Positions 36,982-46,252 of a DNA stretch of 64,000 nt are shown here, one piece after another (positions within the stretch are counted from its first letter, which is position 1; each line of letters begins with the position of its first letter). A program made the translations under genes and the position numbers. This DNA comes from Acidimicrobiia bacterium (GTDB lineage Bacteria; Actinomycetota; Acidimicrobiia; Spongiisociales; UBA5794). The notes beneath the pieces were generated by a model that worked only from the letters and a program-made list of their open reading frames with translations, ran no database searches and was not told where the DNA came from. Where the stretch lies: positions 2,615 through 66,614 of the forward strand of contig JABDJC010000048.1 in NCBI GenBank assembly GCA_013003395.1, read 5' to 3'.

Positions 36982-38331
36982 ATGAGCGCTGTTGTGTGGT
37001 TCCGTCGTGATCTACGTCTCGAAGACAACCCGGCCTGGGCGGAAGCAACCTCCGACCATGACGAGGTGCGCCCACTCTTCATCATCGATCCGAAGCTCTG
37101 GATTCCGTCACATCGACTCACCCAGCTCATCGCCCATCTCCATGGACTAGACGCCGCCATCCAGAAGTCGAGCGGAAGACTCTGCGTGATGACCGGCAAT
37201 CCGGCAACTGTTCTCAAGACGGTTCTCGCGGCCGGCGATGATCTCTACTTCAATGACGATTACTCGCCATACGCCACCAAACGTGACAACGCTGTCACCT
37301 ATGCCTTTGGTGAGAGGGTCAAGCGAATGAACGGCACTGCGGTGCACGCTCCCGGCACCATCCTGACCAACTCGGAGACGCCGTACAAAGTTTTCACGCC
37401 CTTCCATCGGCGGTGGGCGGATCAGGAGTTGCCCGCTCCCGCACGACAGGGAAAGGCCAAGGTCACCGACGACGTCGGTGAAGGCCTACCCCAGCTTTCA
37501 GAAACTCCACTGATGGAAGGAGGTCCGAAAGCCGCCCGCAAGCGTCTCGCCGAGTTCGAGAAGGTCGTCGATGACTACGCCGACCTGCGGAACCGCCCCG
37601 ATCTCGACTCGACGTCGCACCTCTCAGCCGACCTCAAGTTCGGCACCTTGTCTCCAGTGAGAGTGATGATCGAAATCGGCAGCAAGACCCCGTCGCGAGC
37701 GGCCTTCGTACGCCAGATCGCGTGGCGGGATTTCTATATGCACCTGATGCATCACTTTCCCCATACGGTGGAAGCGCCGTTGCGCCCCGAATATCGAGAT
37801 CTCTGGTGGCGCAACGATGAAGACGCGTTCATCAAGTGGAAAACTGGCAATACCGGCTATCCGATCATCGACGCCGGGATGCGCCAGCTCTTGTCCGAAG
37901 GATGGATGCACAATCGAGTGCGAATGCTCACCGCTTCGTTCCTGGTCAAGGACTTGTTGATCGATTGGCGGTGGGGCGAACAACACTTCATGAAGCTCCT
38001 CGTGGACGGTGATGTCGCCCAGAACGTCGGGAACTGGCAGTGGGTCGCCGGAACTGGCGCCGACGCTGCGCCGTACTTCCGAATCTTCAACCCGGTCACT
38101 CAAGGCAAGAAGTTCGATCCCGACGGCGACTACGTGCGCCGGTACGTTCCGGAACTTTCTGAACTCGGTTCCGCACACATCCACGATCCGTGGGGCGCCG
38201 GTCCGCTCGAACTTGCAGCCGCTGGGATCGAACTCGGAGACCATTACCCGTTGCCGATGGTCGACCATGCCGAGGCCAGGCAAGAGGCGTTGGCCATGTA
38301 CGAGATGGCGAGGGGTCAGTCCGACGGCTGA
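36982..38331 (+). CDS. phrB: deoxyribodipyrimidine photolyase / cryptochrome-photolyase family
   Basis: AVVWFRRDLRLEDNPAW N-terminus. FAD-binding C-terminal domain: WMHNRVRMLTASFL...GDVAQNVGNWQWVAG. Confidence 0.85.
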   Translation: MSAVVWFRRDLRLEDNPAWAEATSDHDEVRPLFIIDPKLWIPSHRLTQLIAHLHGLDAAIQKSSGRLCVMTGNPATVLKTVLAAGDDLYFNDDYSPYATKRDNAVTYAFGERVKRMNGTAVHAPGTILTNSETPYKVFTPFHRRWADQELPAPARQGKAKVTDDVGEGLPQLSETPLMEGGPKAARKRLAEFEKVVDDYADLRNRPDLDSTSHLSADLKFGTLSPVRVMIEIGSKTPSRAAFVRQIAWRDFYMHLMHHFPHTVEAPLRPEYRDLWWRNDEDAFIKWKTGNTGYPIIDAGMRQLLSEGWMHNRVRMLTASFLVKDLLIDWRWGEQHFMKLLVDGDVAQNVGNWQWVAGTGADAAPYFRIFNPVTQGKKFDPDGDYVRRYVPELSELGSAHIHDPWGAGPLELAAAGIELGDHYPLPMVDHAEARQEALAMYEMARGQSDG

Positions 38332-38360
38332 TCTTCAGACGAGCCCTGCAACGCCCCCCC

Positions 38361-38378
38361 CTCCAACGAGCGTTGGAG
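38361..38378. terminator. bidirectional hairpin between convergent genes phrB and the cupredoxin gene
   Basis: Inverted repeat ctccaac-gagc-gttggag. Confidence 0.4.
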
Positions 38379-38404
38379 TGACAGCACCGCACGGGAACAT
38401 CTGC

Positions 38405-38971
38405 TCAGCTCGTCTCTTTCGGCATCGGTCGGATGGCCCACACCGCTGTTGCCAGGACGGCCGTCATCGCAAGCACCCACACGCCGAACGTGAAGGCGAA
38501 ACCGTTCGCGGGACTCGACACGGCGCTGACCGACTGCCCGAGCGGGGATGCCAGCACGGATCGTTCCGCTCCGGCCGAGTTCAATCCATCGACACCATCC
38601 ACCACCTCGACTGCCCCGACCATCCCCACATGCAGGACGCAGACATACGGGTAGATGCCCGGCTCATCGAACCGAACGCTCAGCTCTTCGCCAAACCCGA
38701 GATGCTGCGTGGATCCCCAAGCAAGGTTGGCGCCTGTGACCGTGTGTGGGACGGTGTCTCGATTGAGGAAGGTCACGCTTTCTCCGGGGGCGATCCGGGC
38801 GGTCGTCGGGCCGAAACAGTTGTGCGTGAGGTCAACCTGGCTGGTTGCCTCGGAAGTGACTGGTCTGTCGACACATTGACCGCCACCGCCCGCAAGGGCA
38901 GGTATCGACTGCGCCAACAGCATCCCACCAATGATCATCGTTGCGACAACGGATCGCTTCATCGTCACCAC
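38405..38971 (-). CDS. membrane-anchored cupredoxin (plastocyanin/azurin-like type-1 copper protein)
   Basis: N-terminal signal peptide. Type-1 Cu ligand set: H (PHTVTG), C-x2-H-x2-M (YVCVLHVGM). C-terminal TM anchor VWVLAMTAVLATAVWAI. Confidence 0.7.
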   Translation of the reverse strand: MVTMKRSVVATMIIGGMLLAQSIPALAGGGGQCVDRPVTSEATSQVDLTHNCFGPTTARIAPGESVTFLNRDTVPHTVTGANLAWGSTQHLGFGEELSVRFDEPGIYPYVCVLHVGMVGAVEVVDGVDGLNSAGAERSVLASPLGQSVSAVSSPANGFAFTFGVWVLAMTAVLATAVWAIRPMPKETS

Positions 38972-39016
38972 CTCCTGTGTACCCGAGATACACCGCTGAA
39001 CCCGATCGGGTTCCGA

Positions 39017-39718
39017 TCACGGCGAGACAAATTCCAGCGCCGCATCGAGCGACAGAGCAGTCTCAAATCGATAGGTGTGGCCGTTCTGCTCCCAGACCAA
39101 CGCATTCCCCGAGGTTCGTCCGAGCTCAGTGACGATTGTTCCGTCATCGAGCAAGTCGATCGTGTGGGGCACGCCCTCTACCCAGAACGCATCGGATCCG
39201 AGCACTGTCGTGAGCGTGATCTGCCCGGTCGGATCTCCGACCTGCTTACGGATCACCGGTCCGGCGGCACCGTCGAAGATGCCGAGGAGACCACCAATCC
39301 CCTCAGACACTTCAGGTAGATCGTCAGATGCGTCGTAGACGAGCCACAAGCGACCCACTTCATCGCGGAATGCCCGGTCGTAATCCTTCAAGCCGCCGGC
39401 AAGAGGCACACTTCCGACGTCGTCTGTTTCGACGCCCAGTTCGAGAGACGAACCGACCGGCACCTCAGACCCGACTTCCAGCTGTACGGCTCCAATTCCA
39501 AGCCATGCGCTCAGCGAATCTCGCGTGGCGGGCACAGCCAGCAGCACAATCAGTATCGCTGCGGCACTCAATGCCACGGCAAGGCCGGCAACGCGGGAAC
39601 GCCTGCGAAGCACGACGGGTTCGATTCGGGTGAGAACCTCGACATCCAACGCACCGTGGTCGGGCCACTCGAGGTCGTCCTTGGCCTCGGCCAACAAGCG
39701 ATCCAGTTCACCCATCAT
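39017..39718 (-). CDS. anti-sigma factor (single-pass membrane protein), 11-nt overlap with the sigma factor gene
   Basis: Layout of N-terminal cytoplasmic segment, TM helix VAGLAVALSAAAILIVLLAV and extracytoplasmic domain. The position is immediately downstream of the ECF sigma gene. Confidence 0.6.
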   Translation of the reverse strand: MMGELDRLLAEAKDDLEWPDHGALDVEVLTRIEPVVLRRRSRVAGLAVALSAAAILIVLLAVPATRDSLSAWLGIGAVQLEVGSEVPVGSSLELGVETDDVGSVPLAGGLKDYDRAFRDEVGRLWLVYDASDDLPEVSEGIGGLLGIFDGAAGPVIRKQVGDPTGQITLTTVLGSDAFWVEGVPHTIDLLDDGTIVTELGRTSGNALVWEQNGHTYRFETALSLDAALEFVSP

Positions 39719-40268
39719 TCACCTCGAGCTGCTCGGCCAACAAGGCTCGTGCCCGACTTGTGCGGGACTTCACGGTGCCCCGAGGAATGGACAGCGCCTC
39801 AGCTGTTTCGGCTTCATCGAGTTCCAAGAAGTAGCGCAGATAGACAACCTGTCGAAACTGCTCGGGCAGAGCATCTACGGCCGCTACCACGCGAGCACTC
39901 TCGGCGTTTCGCATCACTGCAGTCTCGGCTGATGACTGTCCGTAGACCAGTGCGGTGTCGCGTACGCCAGCCAGATTCTCACGGTGGATTCGACGTCCTG
40001 ACGACCGATTCCGGTTGCGAGCCTCGTTGGCAACGATGCGCAACAGCCACGGCCGAAACGGCAAGGTCTGATCGAAACGATCGATGGCCAACCATGCCTT
40101 CACGAACGCCTCCTGTGCAACGTCATGCGCCTCGACCGGCGAGCGGGTGATCACGACAGCGACCCTGAAGGCAACCGCCTGGTGGCGGCGCACGAGTTCA
40201 CCGAAAGACGACGTGTCGCCATCGCGGGCTGCTGCAATCAGCGCTTCTTCGGTCAGGTGTATGTCCAC
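39708..40268 (-). CDS. ECF-subfamily RNA polymerase sigma-70 factor
   Basis: Region 2: FGELVRRHQAVAFRVAVVITRSPVEAHDVAQEAFVKAWLAIDRFD. Region 4: VVYLRYFLELDEAETAEALSIPRGTVKSR. Confidence 0.8.
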   Translation of the reverse strand: MDIHLTEEALIAAARDGDTSSFGELVRRHQAVAFRVAVVITRSPVEAHDVAQEAFVKAWLAIDRFDQTLPFRPWLLRIVANEARNRNRSSGRRIHRENLAGVRDTALVYGQSSAETAVMRNAESARVVAAVDALPEQFRQVVYLRYFLELDEAETAEALSIPRGTVKSRTSRARALLAEQLEVNDG

Positions 40269-40305
40269 CTGCGAGAGTTACACCGCCGAGCCGTCGGCGG
40301 TTCCC

Positions 40306-40722
40306 TCACTCAGTGGTTTCGATGTCGCCGTCGGCAGCGCGTTGCACACGATCCATCACGGTGTCGACGTCATCCAGAGCGGCGGCTGCCTTCTCCTCGG
40401 CCGTCGCAGTGCTCGGCGGATCGGACTCCGAGGAATCGTCGACCTTCGAACTGATCACGGCACCGAGTTCGGTGATCGAGGCGCCGATGGCGTCAACGAT
40501 GGCGTTACCCGCCTTCTTGGCATCGTCGCGAACCTGGGGATCGCGGATCGCCTTTCCGAGTGAGTCGACCGCTCTGTCGAGGGACTGCGCGAACGCGTCG
40601 AGGCCCTTCTTGACTTCTGCCGCGTCATCCGAGGTCGTTTTTCGGTAGTGGTCTTTGAAACGCTCCCCCAACGAAGTGAACTCGTTTCCGACCTTGCCCC
40701 ACGCGTCTTGTGTATCACTCAT
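40306..40722 (-). CDS. hypothetical soluble acidic helical protein
   Basis: The start is taken at ATG 40722 (MSDTQDAWGKV...). There are no TM helices or known motifs. The gene lies between the DUF3105 and sigma genes. Confidence 0.45.
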   Translation of the reverse strand: MSDTQDAWGKVGNEFTSLGERFKDHYRKTTSDDAAEVKKGLDAFAQSLDRAVDSLGKAIRDPQVRDDAKKAGNAIVDAIGASITELGAVISSKVDDSSESDPPSTATAEEKAAAALDDVDTVMDRVQRAADGDIETTE

Positions 40723-40761
40723 ACGCCAATTCTCGCACACTCTCGGACAATGCGGAGGGCC

Positions 40762-41412
40762 TCAGAAGTCGCAGGGAACGCGCTCGGGACCCCGCCGTGC
40801 ATATACGTCGATGAACTCGCGAATTTCGGGGTCGGCGCCTTCGTAGGCCTTGAGGCGAGTCCACGCGGTCACCACAACCGGCTCGACAATGTCCGGATTG
40901 GGGCTGAGAATCACATGCGAGTCGTATTCGTTGACGATGTCGGTCAGTTCGTCGACCACGACGTCGCCGACATCGGGCCGGTACCAGATGACGATCGCCC
41001 CGTGCTCCAGACCATGAACGGCCAGCTCGAGTGGAATCTGCTCCGTGTAGATCCCACAATTGGCTGACTGAGACGCGTGCGTCCCGCTCGTGGGTGTCGC
41101 AGATGAGTAGCTGACGGGCGTACCAAGAGTCACGTGCTCGCGACCGTCGCTCCCGAAGCTCTCGACCCCGTCGACCTCGCCCGGGAACAATGCACCCCAC
41201 AACGCCCACAGCACCACGCCTGCTGCGATGACAGTGGCGGAGACCATCGCGTAGGTCCGGAGCTTCTTCTTGCGAGCAGCTGCCTTCTTGGCCGCCGCCT
41301 CTTCTGCCTGGCGAGCCTCACGCCGCGCTTTCTTGGCAGCAGCCTTCGCTGCGTCGACGGGCTTCTTCGAGGTCTGACGCTTTTGTGCCGCCACCGTTTC
41401 TCCAGTGTTCAA
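40762..41412 (-). CDS. DUF3105-family membrane-anchored protein
   Basis: Lys/Ala-rich N-terminus, one TM helix (MVSATVIAAGVVLWALWGALF), and the conserved LEHGAIVIWYRPD motif typical of DUF3105. Confidence 0.6.
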   Translation of the reverse strand: MNTGETVAAQKRQTSKKPVDAAKAAAKKARREARQAEEAAAKKAAARKKKLRTYAMVSATVIAAGVVLWALWGALFPGEVDGVESFGSDGREHVTLGTPVSYSSATPTSGTHASQSANCGIYTEQIPLELAVHGLEHGAIVIWYRPDVGDVVVDELTDIVNEYDSHVILSPNPDIVEPVVVTAWTRLKAYEGADPEIREFIDVYARRGPERVPCDF

Positions 41413-41448
41413 ACAGGTCCTGAGTCAGGCATGGTACGCCAGCTCAGG

Positions 41449-41907
41449 TCACTCTTCTTCGGAGTCAGCGTCCTCGTCGCCTGAATCGGAGTCAGCGTCC
41501 TCGTCGTCCGAATCGGCTTCCGCGACGGCAACCTCAGAAGCGCTGTCGTCCTCGGCGACGTCATCGTCCTGGAGGTCGTCGGCATCGTCGGTTTCGGCGT
41601 CTGCGGCCGCTGCAGCCTCAGGGTTGGAATTGCGGAGCCGAACGACCTCTTCTTGAAGCGCCTCGATCTCCCAGGTAGCCACTTCGAGATCTTTGCGCAG
41701 CGCTGCGTCGGTCGGAGCCGGCTCGACAGCGGTCGTCGAGGCCGCTGTGAGCGAAGCGACCTGCGCTTCCAGGTCCTTGACACGAGAGGCATCGGAGGAC
41801 ACCGCCGGCGTGGCCCGAGCCGTCAGCCGTCCAATGGCGAAGCCGATGCCCGTGGCAACGGCCAAGAGCAGGATGATTTCGGCGATTGCGTAAGTGATAC
41901 CAGTCAT
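41449..41907 (-). CDS. small membrane-anchored coiled-coil protein with a poly-acidic (Asp/Glu/Ser) C-terminal tail
   Basis: N-terminal TM helix IAEIILLLAVATGIGFAIG. Heptad-like region. The acidic tail is encoded partly by a 27-bp tandem repeat. There is a 3-nt spacing to the OmpA gene. Confidence 0.5.
   Translation of the reverse strand: MTGITYAIAEIILLLAVATGIGFAIGRLTARATPAVSSDASRVKDLEAQVASLTAASTTAVEPAPTDAALRKDLEVATWEIEALQEEVVRLRNSNPEAAAAADAETDDADDLQDDDVAEDDSASEVAVAEADSDDEDADSDSGDEDADSEEE
41461..41514. repeat. 27-bp direct tandem repeat x2 inside the acidic-tail coding region
   Basis: ggagtcagcgtcctcgtcgcctgaatc / ggagtcagcgtcctcgtcgtccgaatc (2 mismatches). Confidence 0.6.
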
Positions 41908-41909
41908 TG

Positions 41910-43322
41910 TCAGCCTCCTTGGGGAGGTCCGAACACGAACTGCACGCGGCGGTTCGAGGCTCGGCCTTCGGCCGTGTCGTTCGATGCGATCGGTTGAGTC
42001 TCTCCGAATCCCGTAGCGATGAGACGCTGAGGATCGATACCTTTGGGAACCAAGTATGCGACCGCGGCCTGAGCCCGTCGCTCGCTGAGCGCCTGATTCT
42101 CATCAGCCGGTCCTCGCGAGTCGGTGTGACCCTCGATGACCAGAACGGAGGTCGGGTTCCGCAAGATGATGCCGGCCGCAGTGTCGAGCAGCGCTTCGAG
42201 TTCGGGCGTGAGCTGCGCGGACCCGACGGCGAAGGATGCGCCTCCCAGGAAAGCTCCTGAGATCACATCGTTTTCGATGTCGATGTTCCATTGGGTCAAC
42301 GGCTGGAGGAGCGTGAACGTCAGCGGAATACGGAACACCGAGAAGGTCGCTTCGACGTTCTCGCCGACCGTCATGGTGTTCTGGATGCGCTCAGGTCCGT
42401 AGATCTGAGCGGCAGCACCGGCGATCGTATCGATCGCCCGTTGATCCGGCATGACTCCTGCGAGGGTGATCGTGCCATCCGGCGAGCCCACCGCCTGGTA
42501 CGACGGAGGCACTTGGCCGGTCACGACGATGCTGTTGACAACAGTCGTGGCTTCGCCGACGGCCGCCTGAATGGCGCCGCCGACGGTCGCCTTCTTCTGT
42601 TCTGTGCCCGTGGTGCCGGTCAGCGTTGCCACGCCGTTGACGATGGATAGCTGCGCCTCACCGGCAATTGCCAGAGCGGCAACGCCGCTGGCGATGTTCG
42701 GCACCCAAGCCGCTTCTCCGACGGTTCCATCGACGCTGATCTGGTTGTCGATGAACGGAGCGAAAATCGCATTGGTCACCCCTGCCAAACGCTGCGCCGA
42801 CGCTTCGTCGGGGAGCACACCGCTGACGGTGAGTCTGCCCTCGCTGAGTGACGCGTCCAGGTGTGGACCAACGGCGACAACGGCGGTGGTGCTCGTTGTG
42901 CTCGGGACGGTTGTGGTTGGTGTCGGGACCGCGGTCGCGGTGACGGTGGTGTCGGGAGCTCCGGCCACGGTGGTCGACGTGGCATCCGGCCCAGCCTGAC
43001 CCGGGGTGTCCCAGACGACGGCTCGAACGCCCTCAACCGCCAAGACGATCGCCTCGGCACGAGCACGATCTGGGAAGTCCGGTGCGGCGATCAGCGTGGC
43101 GTCCCTGCCCTCGAACCGGACGTCATCAACTTCTACTCCGGCGGCCGCGAGCGCGGCGCGGGAGTTTCTCTCGAGATTGTTCTGCTCGTTGGTCACGCCA
43201 TAGGCCACAGTGGCAACGGCCAGCACCGCCAACCCGGCGATCAGCCACCGCACCAGACTCGACCGTTGTTTTTCTTGCTCCACAAATATCTCCAGACAAG
43301 AACCGTTGTTGTGGCGCGACAT
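41910..43322 (-). CDS. OmpA/MotB-domain peptidoglycan-associated protein with an N-terminal TM anchor and BON-like repeats
   Basis: C-terminal OmpA domain VLVIEGHTDSRGPADENQALSERRAQAAVAYL...NRRVQFVF. N-terminal TM helix LVRWLIAGLAVLAVATVAYGV. Confidence 0.7.
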   Translation of the reverse strand: MSRHNNGSCLEIFVEQEKQRSSLVRWLIAGLAVLAVATVAYGVTNEQNNLERNSRAALAAAGVEVDDVRFEGRDATLIAAPDFPDRARAEAIVLAVEGVRAVVWDTPGQAGPDATSTTVAGAPDTTVTATAVPTPTTTVPSTTSTTAVVAVGPHLDASLSEGRLTVSGVLPDEASAQRLAGVTNAIFAPFIDNQISVDGTVGEAAWVPNIASGVAALAIAGEAQLSIVNGVATLTGTTGTEQKKATVGGAIQAAVGEATTVVNSIVVTGQVPPSYQAVGSPDGTITLAGVMPDQRAIDTIAGAAAQIYGPERIQNTMTVGENVEATFSVFRIPLTFTLLQPLTQWNIDIENDVISGAFLGGASFAVGSAQLTPELEALLDTAAGIILRNPTSVLVIEGHTDSRGPADENQALSERRAQAAVAYLVPKGIDPQRLIATGFGETQPIASNDTAEGRASNRRVQFVFGPPQGG

Positions 43323-43398
43323 CTGCGTCGCACCCCGTCTTATCGGCTCGAACTAGTCATCCTGAATCGTTTCGCGAAGGTCAGAACAGGCAGATCAT

Positions 43399-44571
43399 TC
43401 AGAGAAACCGACTCGGGTCCTCGAGGTTGGCGATGACCGCAGCCATGAAGCGCTGCCCCATGGCTCCGTCGATGGCTCTGTGATCGTAAGAGATGCTCAG
43501 AGGCATGACCGTACCCACAACGATCTCGCCCTTCTCGACCACCGGCTTGGGCTCAGCCTTGCCGATCGAGAGGATCGCGAGCGTTCCGAGAGGAATGATG
43601 GGGGTGCCGTGTCCACCGCCGATGGCGCCGATGTTGGTGATGGTGAACGTCGCTCCTGACAGGTCATCAGGCGCCACGCGTCTGTTCTTCGCTCTCTCTG
43701 CGAGTTCCGCGATCAACCGTGCCAGCTCGACCGCGCTGTGCGTATCTGCCGAACGAACCACCGGCACGATCAGCCCTTCAGCCGTGTCGACGGCCACCCC
43801 GATGTCTCGCCGAGCGTGCAGCACCAGGTCGTCGCCGTCGATCGAGGCGTTGAAGCGAGGGTGCGCGTCGAGAACCGGAAGCACTGCACGGATCACGAGC
43901 GCCTCGATTGGGACCGCCACTCCGGAATCACTGGCAAGCGCTGTTCTTGCCGCCAGTAGCTGGTCAGCCCTCGCTTCGTGCAGCGTTGTGACGTGCGGAA
44001 TCTCGCTCCAACTTCGCTGCATGTGCTCAGCTATCGCTCGCCGAGTTCGCGACATCGGCACCCGCTCATCGCCTGCGACCGTGGCCGCCGACGAAGAACT
44101 CGCGGTCGATTGATCGAGATCCCCGAGGGTTATGGAGCCACCCGGACCGGTTCCGTGGATGGTGGTGAGATCGATTCCTCGTTCACGGGCCGCCTTGCGA
44201 ACGGCAGGCATGGCCCGAGCAGACGAGCCTCCCGAGACCTCGTCAGCCCGGCTCACCGCTTCTTGCTGCAGGTCGACGCTCTCGACCGGCGCCGGCGAAT
44301 CTGTTGCGTCGACGGTCTCGCCTGCAGCTCCGATCACTATCAGGACATCACCGACTTCGACGACATCGCCCGGGTTCCCACCGAGCGCGAGAACGGTGCC
44401 GGCGTATGGCGAAGGAATATCTACCAACGACTTGTCGGTCTCGACTTCAACGATGACTTGATCGACCGCGACAACGTCTCCAACCGTGACGTGCCAGGCG
44501 ACAATCTCGGCCTCTACAAGACCTTCACCGATGTCGGGCAAACGGAACTGCTGTGCCAAGGTCACCTCCAA
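43399..44571 (-). CDS. 2-oxoacid dehydrogenase E2 component (dihydrolipoyllysine-residue acyltransferase)
   Basis: Lipoyl domain with EVETDKSLVDIPSP. Peripheral-subunit-binding domain. Catalytic SISYDHRAIDGA. No E1 or E3 genes are in the window. Confidence 0.8.
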   Translation of the reverse strand: MEVTLAQQFRLPDIGEGLVEAEIVAWHVTVGDVVAVDQVIVEVETDKSLVDIPSPYAGTVLALGGNPGDVVEVGDVLIVIGAAGETVDATDSPAPVESVDLQQEAVSRADEVSGGSSARAMPAVRKAARERGIDLTTIHGTGPGGSITLGDLDQSTASSSSAATVAGDERVPMSRTRRAIAEHMQRSWSEIPHVTTLHEARADQLLAARTALASDSGVAVPIEALVIRAVLPVLDAHPRFNASIDGDDLVLHARRDIGVAVDTAEGLIVPVVRSADTHSAVELARLIAELAERAKNRRVAPDDLSGATFTITNIGAIGGGHGTPIIPLGTLAILSIGKAEPKPVVEKGEIVVGTVMPLSISYDHRAIDGAMGQRFMAAVIANLEDPSRFL

Positions 44572-44606
44572 GGCGCCAAACTAGCGATTGCTGTCCACCC
44601 CGGTCG

Positions 44607-46241
44607 TCAGTGGACCGATGCCAGGTAGCGGTGCACCAACTGGACAGCGGTCGATCCTTCGCCAACGCCTCCGGCGACCCGACGGATAGAACCGTGCCGG
44701 ACGTCGCCCGCCGCAAACACACCTGGAACACTGCACTCGAGGTGCATCGGGTCGCGAGACAGTGGCCAGCCTTCATTTTTGGCGTCTCGGCCGGTGTAGA
44801 GGTATCCCCGGTCATCGGCGGCCACAAGGCCACCGAGCCATTCGTTGCGTGGCTCAGCGCCGATGAACACGAAGAGGAACCGTGTTTCCAAGCGAACCAC
44901 TTTGCTCTTGGTTTCGATACTGATCGCCTCCAAGCTGTCCTCACCGTGAGCCTCGACAACGCGACTTTGGACCCGAACCGAAATGGACGGAGAAGCCTCG
45001 ATCTGATCTGCCAGATAGGCAGACATCGTTTCTCGGAGATCGGCTGCCTTCACGATCATCGTGACCGACCGTGCGAACTTCGCGAAGTAGAGGGCCCCCT
45101 GACCTGCGGAATTGGCTGACCCAACCACGATGACGTCCTCTCCTGCGGCATCGAGCGCCTCAGTTGTGGCCGCTCCGTAGAACACTCCAGCGCCCGTCAG
45201 CGCCCGCAGGCTCTCGGCATGCATCTCGCGATACGTCACGCCCGTCGCGACCACAAGCGCTGCCCCGCTCACGGACCGACCGTCGGCGAGGTCGAGGACC
45301 TTGTAGCGACCATCGAGCGACAGCTTGGTCACCTCTTGGGGAGCGAGGACTTCAGCACCGAAGCGGGTTGCCTGCGCCAACGCTCGCTCGGCGAGTTCGG
45401 CACCGCTCACGCCGTTTGGAAAGCCGAGATAGTTCTCGATCTTCGATGAAGTGCCTGCCTGTCCGCCGACTGCGTCGCGCTCCACCAGCAGCGTCGACAA
45501 TCCTTCCGAGGCGCCATAGACGGCTGCCGCCAGCCCGGCCGGGCCACCGCCGACAATCACCAAGTCGTAGTACTGCCTCGTGGGGTGATGATGCATCGAC
45601 AGCGCGTCGGCGAGGTCATCGATGTTCGGCGCCACGAGCGCATCGCCTTCCGCTCGCAGCACAACCGGAAGTTTCGCGTCGGATAGGCCGGCCCCGTCGA
45701 GCAGGCGAACGCCTTCGTCGCCATGATCGAGATCGACCCATCGGAACGGAACATGATTGCGGCCGAGGAAGTCACGCAGCTCGTGAGCGTCACGAGCCCA
45801 ACGGTGGCCAATCATCACAAGCGACTCCCCGGCCGTGTGCAGCGCCAGCCAATCGTTCAGCAGATCGTCGACGCCGTCGTGGAGCGAGTCGCCACTCCAT
45901 GGGGACACCACAACTTCATGTGCATCGAGCTCGGTCAGTCGCTGATGAACGGTGGCAACGTCGCTGTACGGCGCCACGATCACGACCTTTGAAGCCTCGA
46001 GGCCGATGTGGCTGCGCACCTCGCCGATGGTGGTGGCATCGCCAATGATCATCGCGACTGGCGATCGAAGGTGGTCGAGGAGATCTAGAACCCCATGGAC
46101 ATCTGTCGCTCCGACAACCTTGAACACGTTGCTGTAGAGGCGCTCCAGTTCGGTGCGCAACGATGCCAGCACGAGGCGGTCGCCGTGTGCCGCGAGGATG
46201 AACGGTTTCTCCACGGTTTCGAAGCTAGCGGTTCTGGCCAC
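44607..46241 (-). CDS. three-domain oxidoreductase: N-terminal receiver-like (CheY-fold-like) domain, a Cys-less thioredoxin/glutaredoxin-like domain, and a C-terminal thioredoxin-reductase-like FAD/NAD(P) domain lacking the CxxC redox centre
   Basis: N-terminus FILAAHGDRLV...VAMIIGD. Middle domain VPFRWVDLDHGDEGVRLLDGAGLSDAKLPVV. C-terminus YDLVIVGGGPAGLAAAVY (FAD), VIVVGSANSAGQGALYF (NAD(P)) and VFAAGDV. GAATTE occupies the place of the CATCDG motif. Confidence 0.65.
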   Translation of the reverse strand: MARTASFETVEKPFILAAHGDRLVLASLRTELERLYSNVFKVVGATDVHGVLDLLDHLRSPVAMIIGDATTIGEVRSHIGLEASKVVIVAPYSDVATVHQRLTELDAHEVVVSPWSGDSLHDGVDDLLNDWLALHTAGESLVMIGHRWARDAHELRDFLGRNHVPFRWVDLDHGDEGVRLLDGAGLSDAKLPVVLRAEGDALVAPNIDDLADALSMHHHPTRQYYDLVIVGGGPAGLAAAVYGASEGLSTLLVERDAVGGQAGTSSKIENYLGFPNGVSGAELAERALAQATRFGAEVLAPQEVTKLSLDGRYKVLDLADGRSVSGAALVVATGVTYREMHAESLRALTGAGVFYGAATTEALDAAGEDVIVVGSANSAGQGALYFAKFARSVTMIVKAADLRETMSAYLADQIEASPSISVRVQSRVVEAHGEDSLEAISIETKSKVVRLETRFLFVFIGAEPRNEWLGGLVAADDRGYLYTGRDAKNEGWPLSRDPMHLECSVPGVFAAGDVRHGSIRRVAGGVGEGSTAVQLVHRYLASVH

Positions 46242-46252
46242 GACGGACAGAG

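Noticed and set aside
38009-39319. 436-aa plus-strand ORF
   Set aside because: It is antisense to the cupredoxin and anti-sigma genes and has a low-complexity Arg/Pro/Ser composition.
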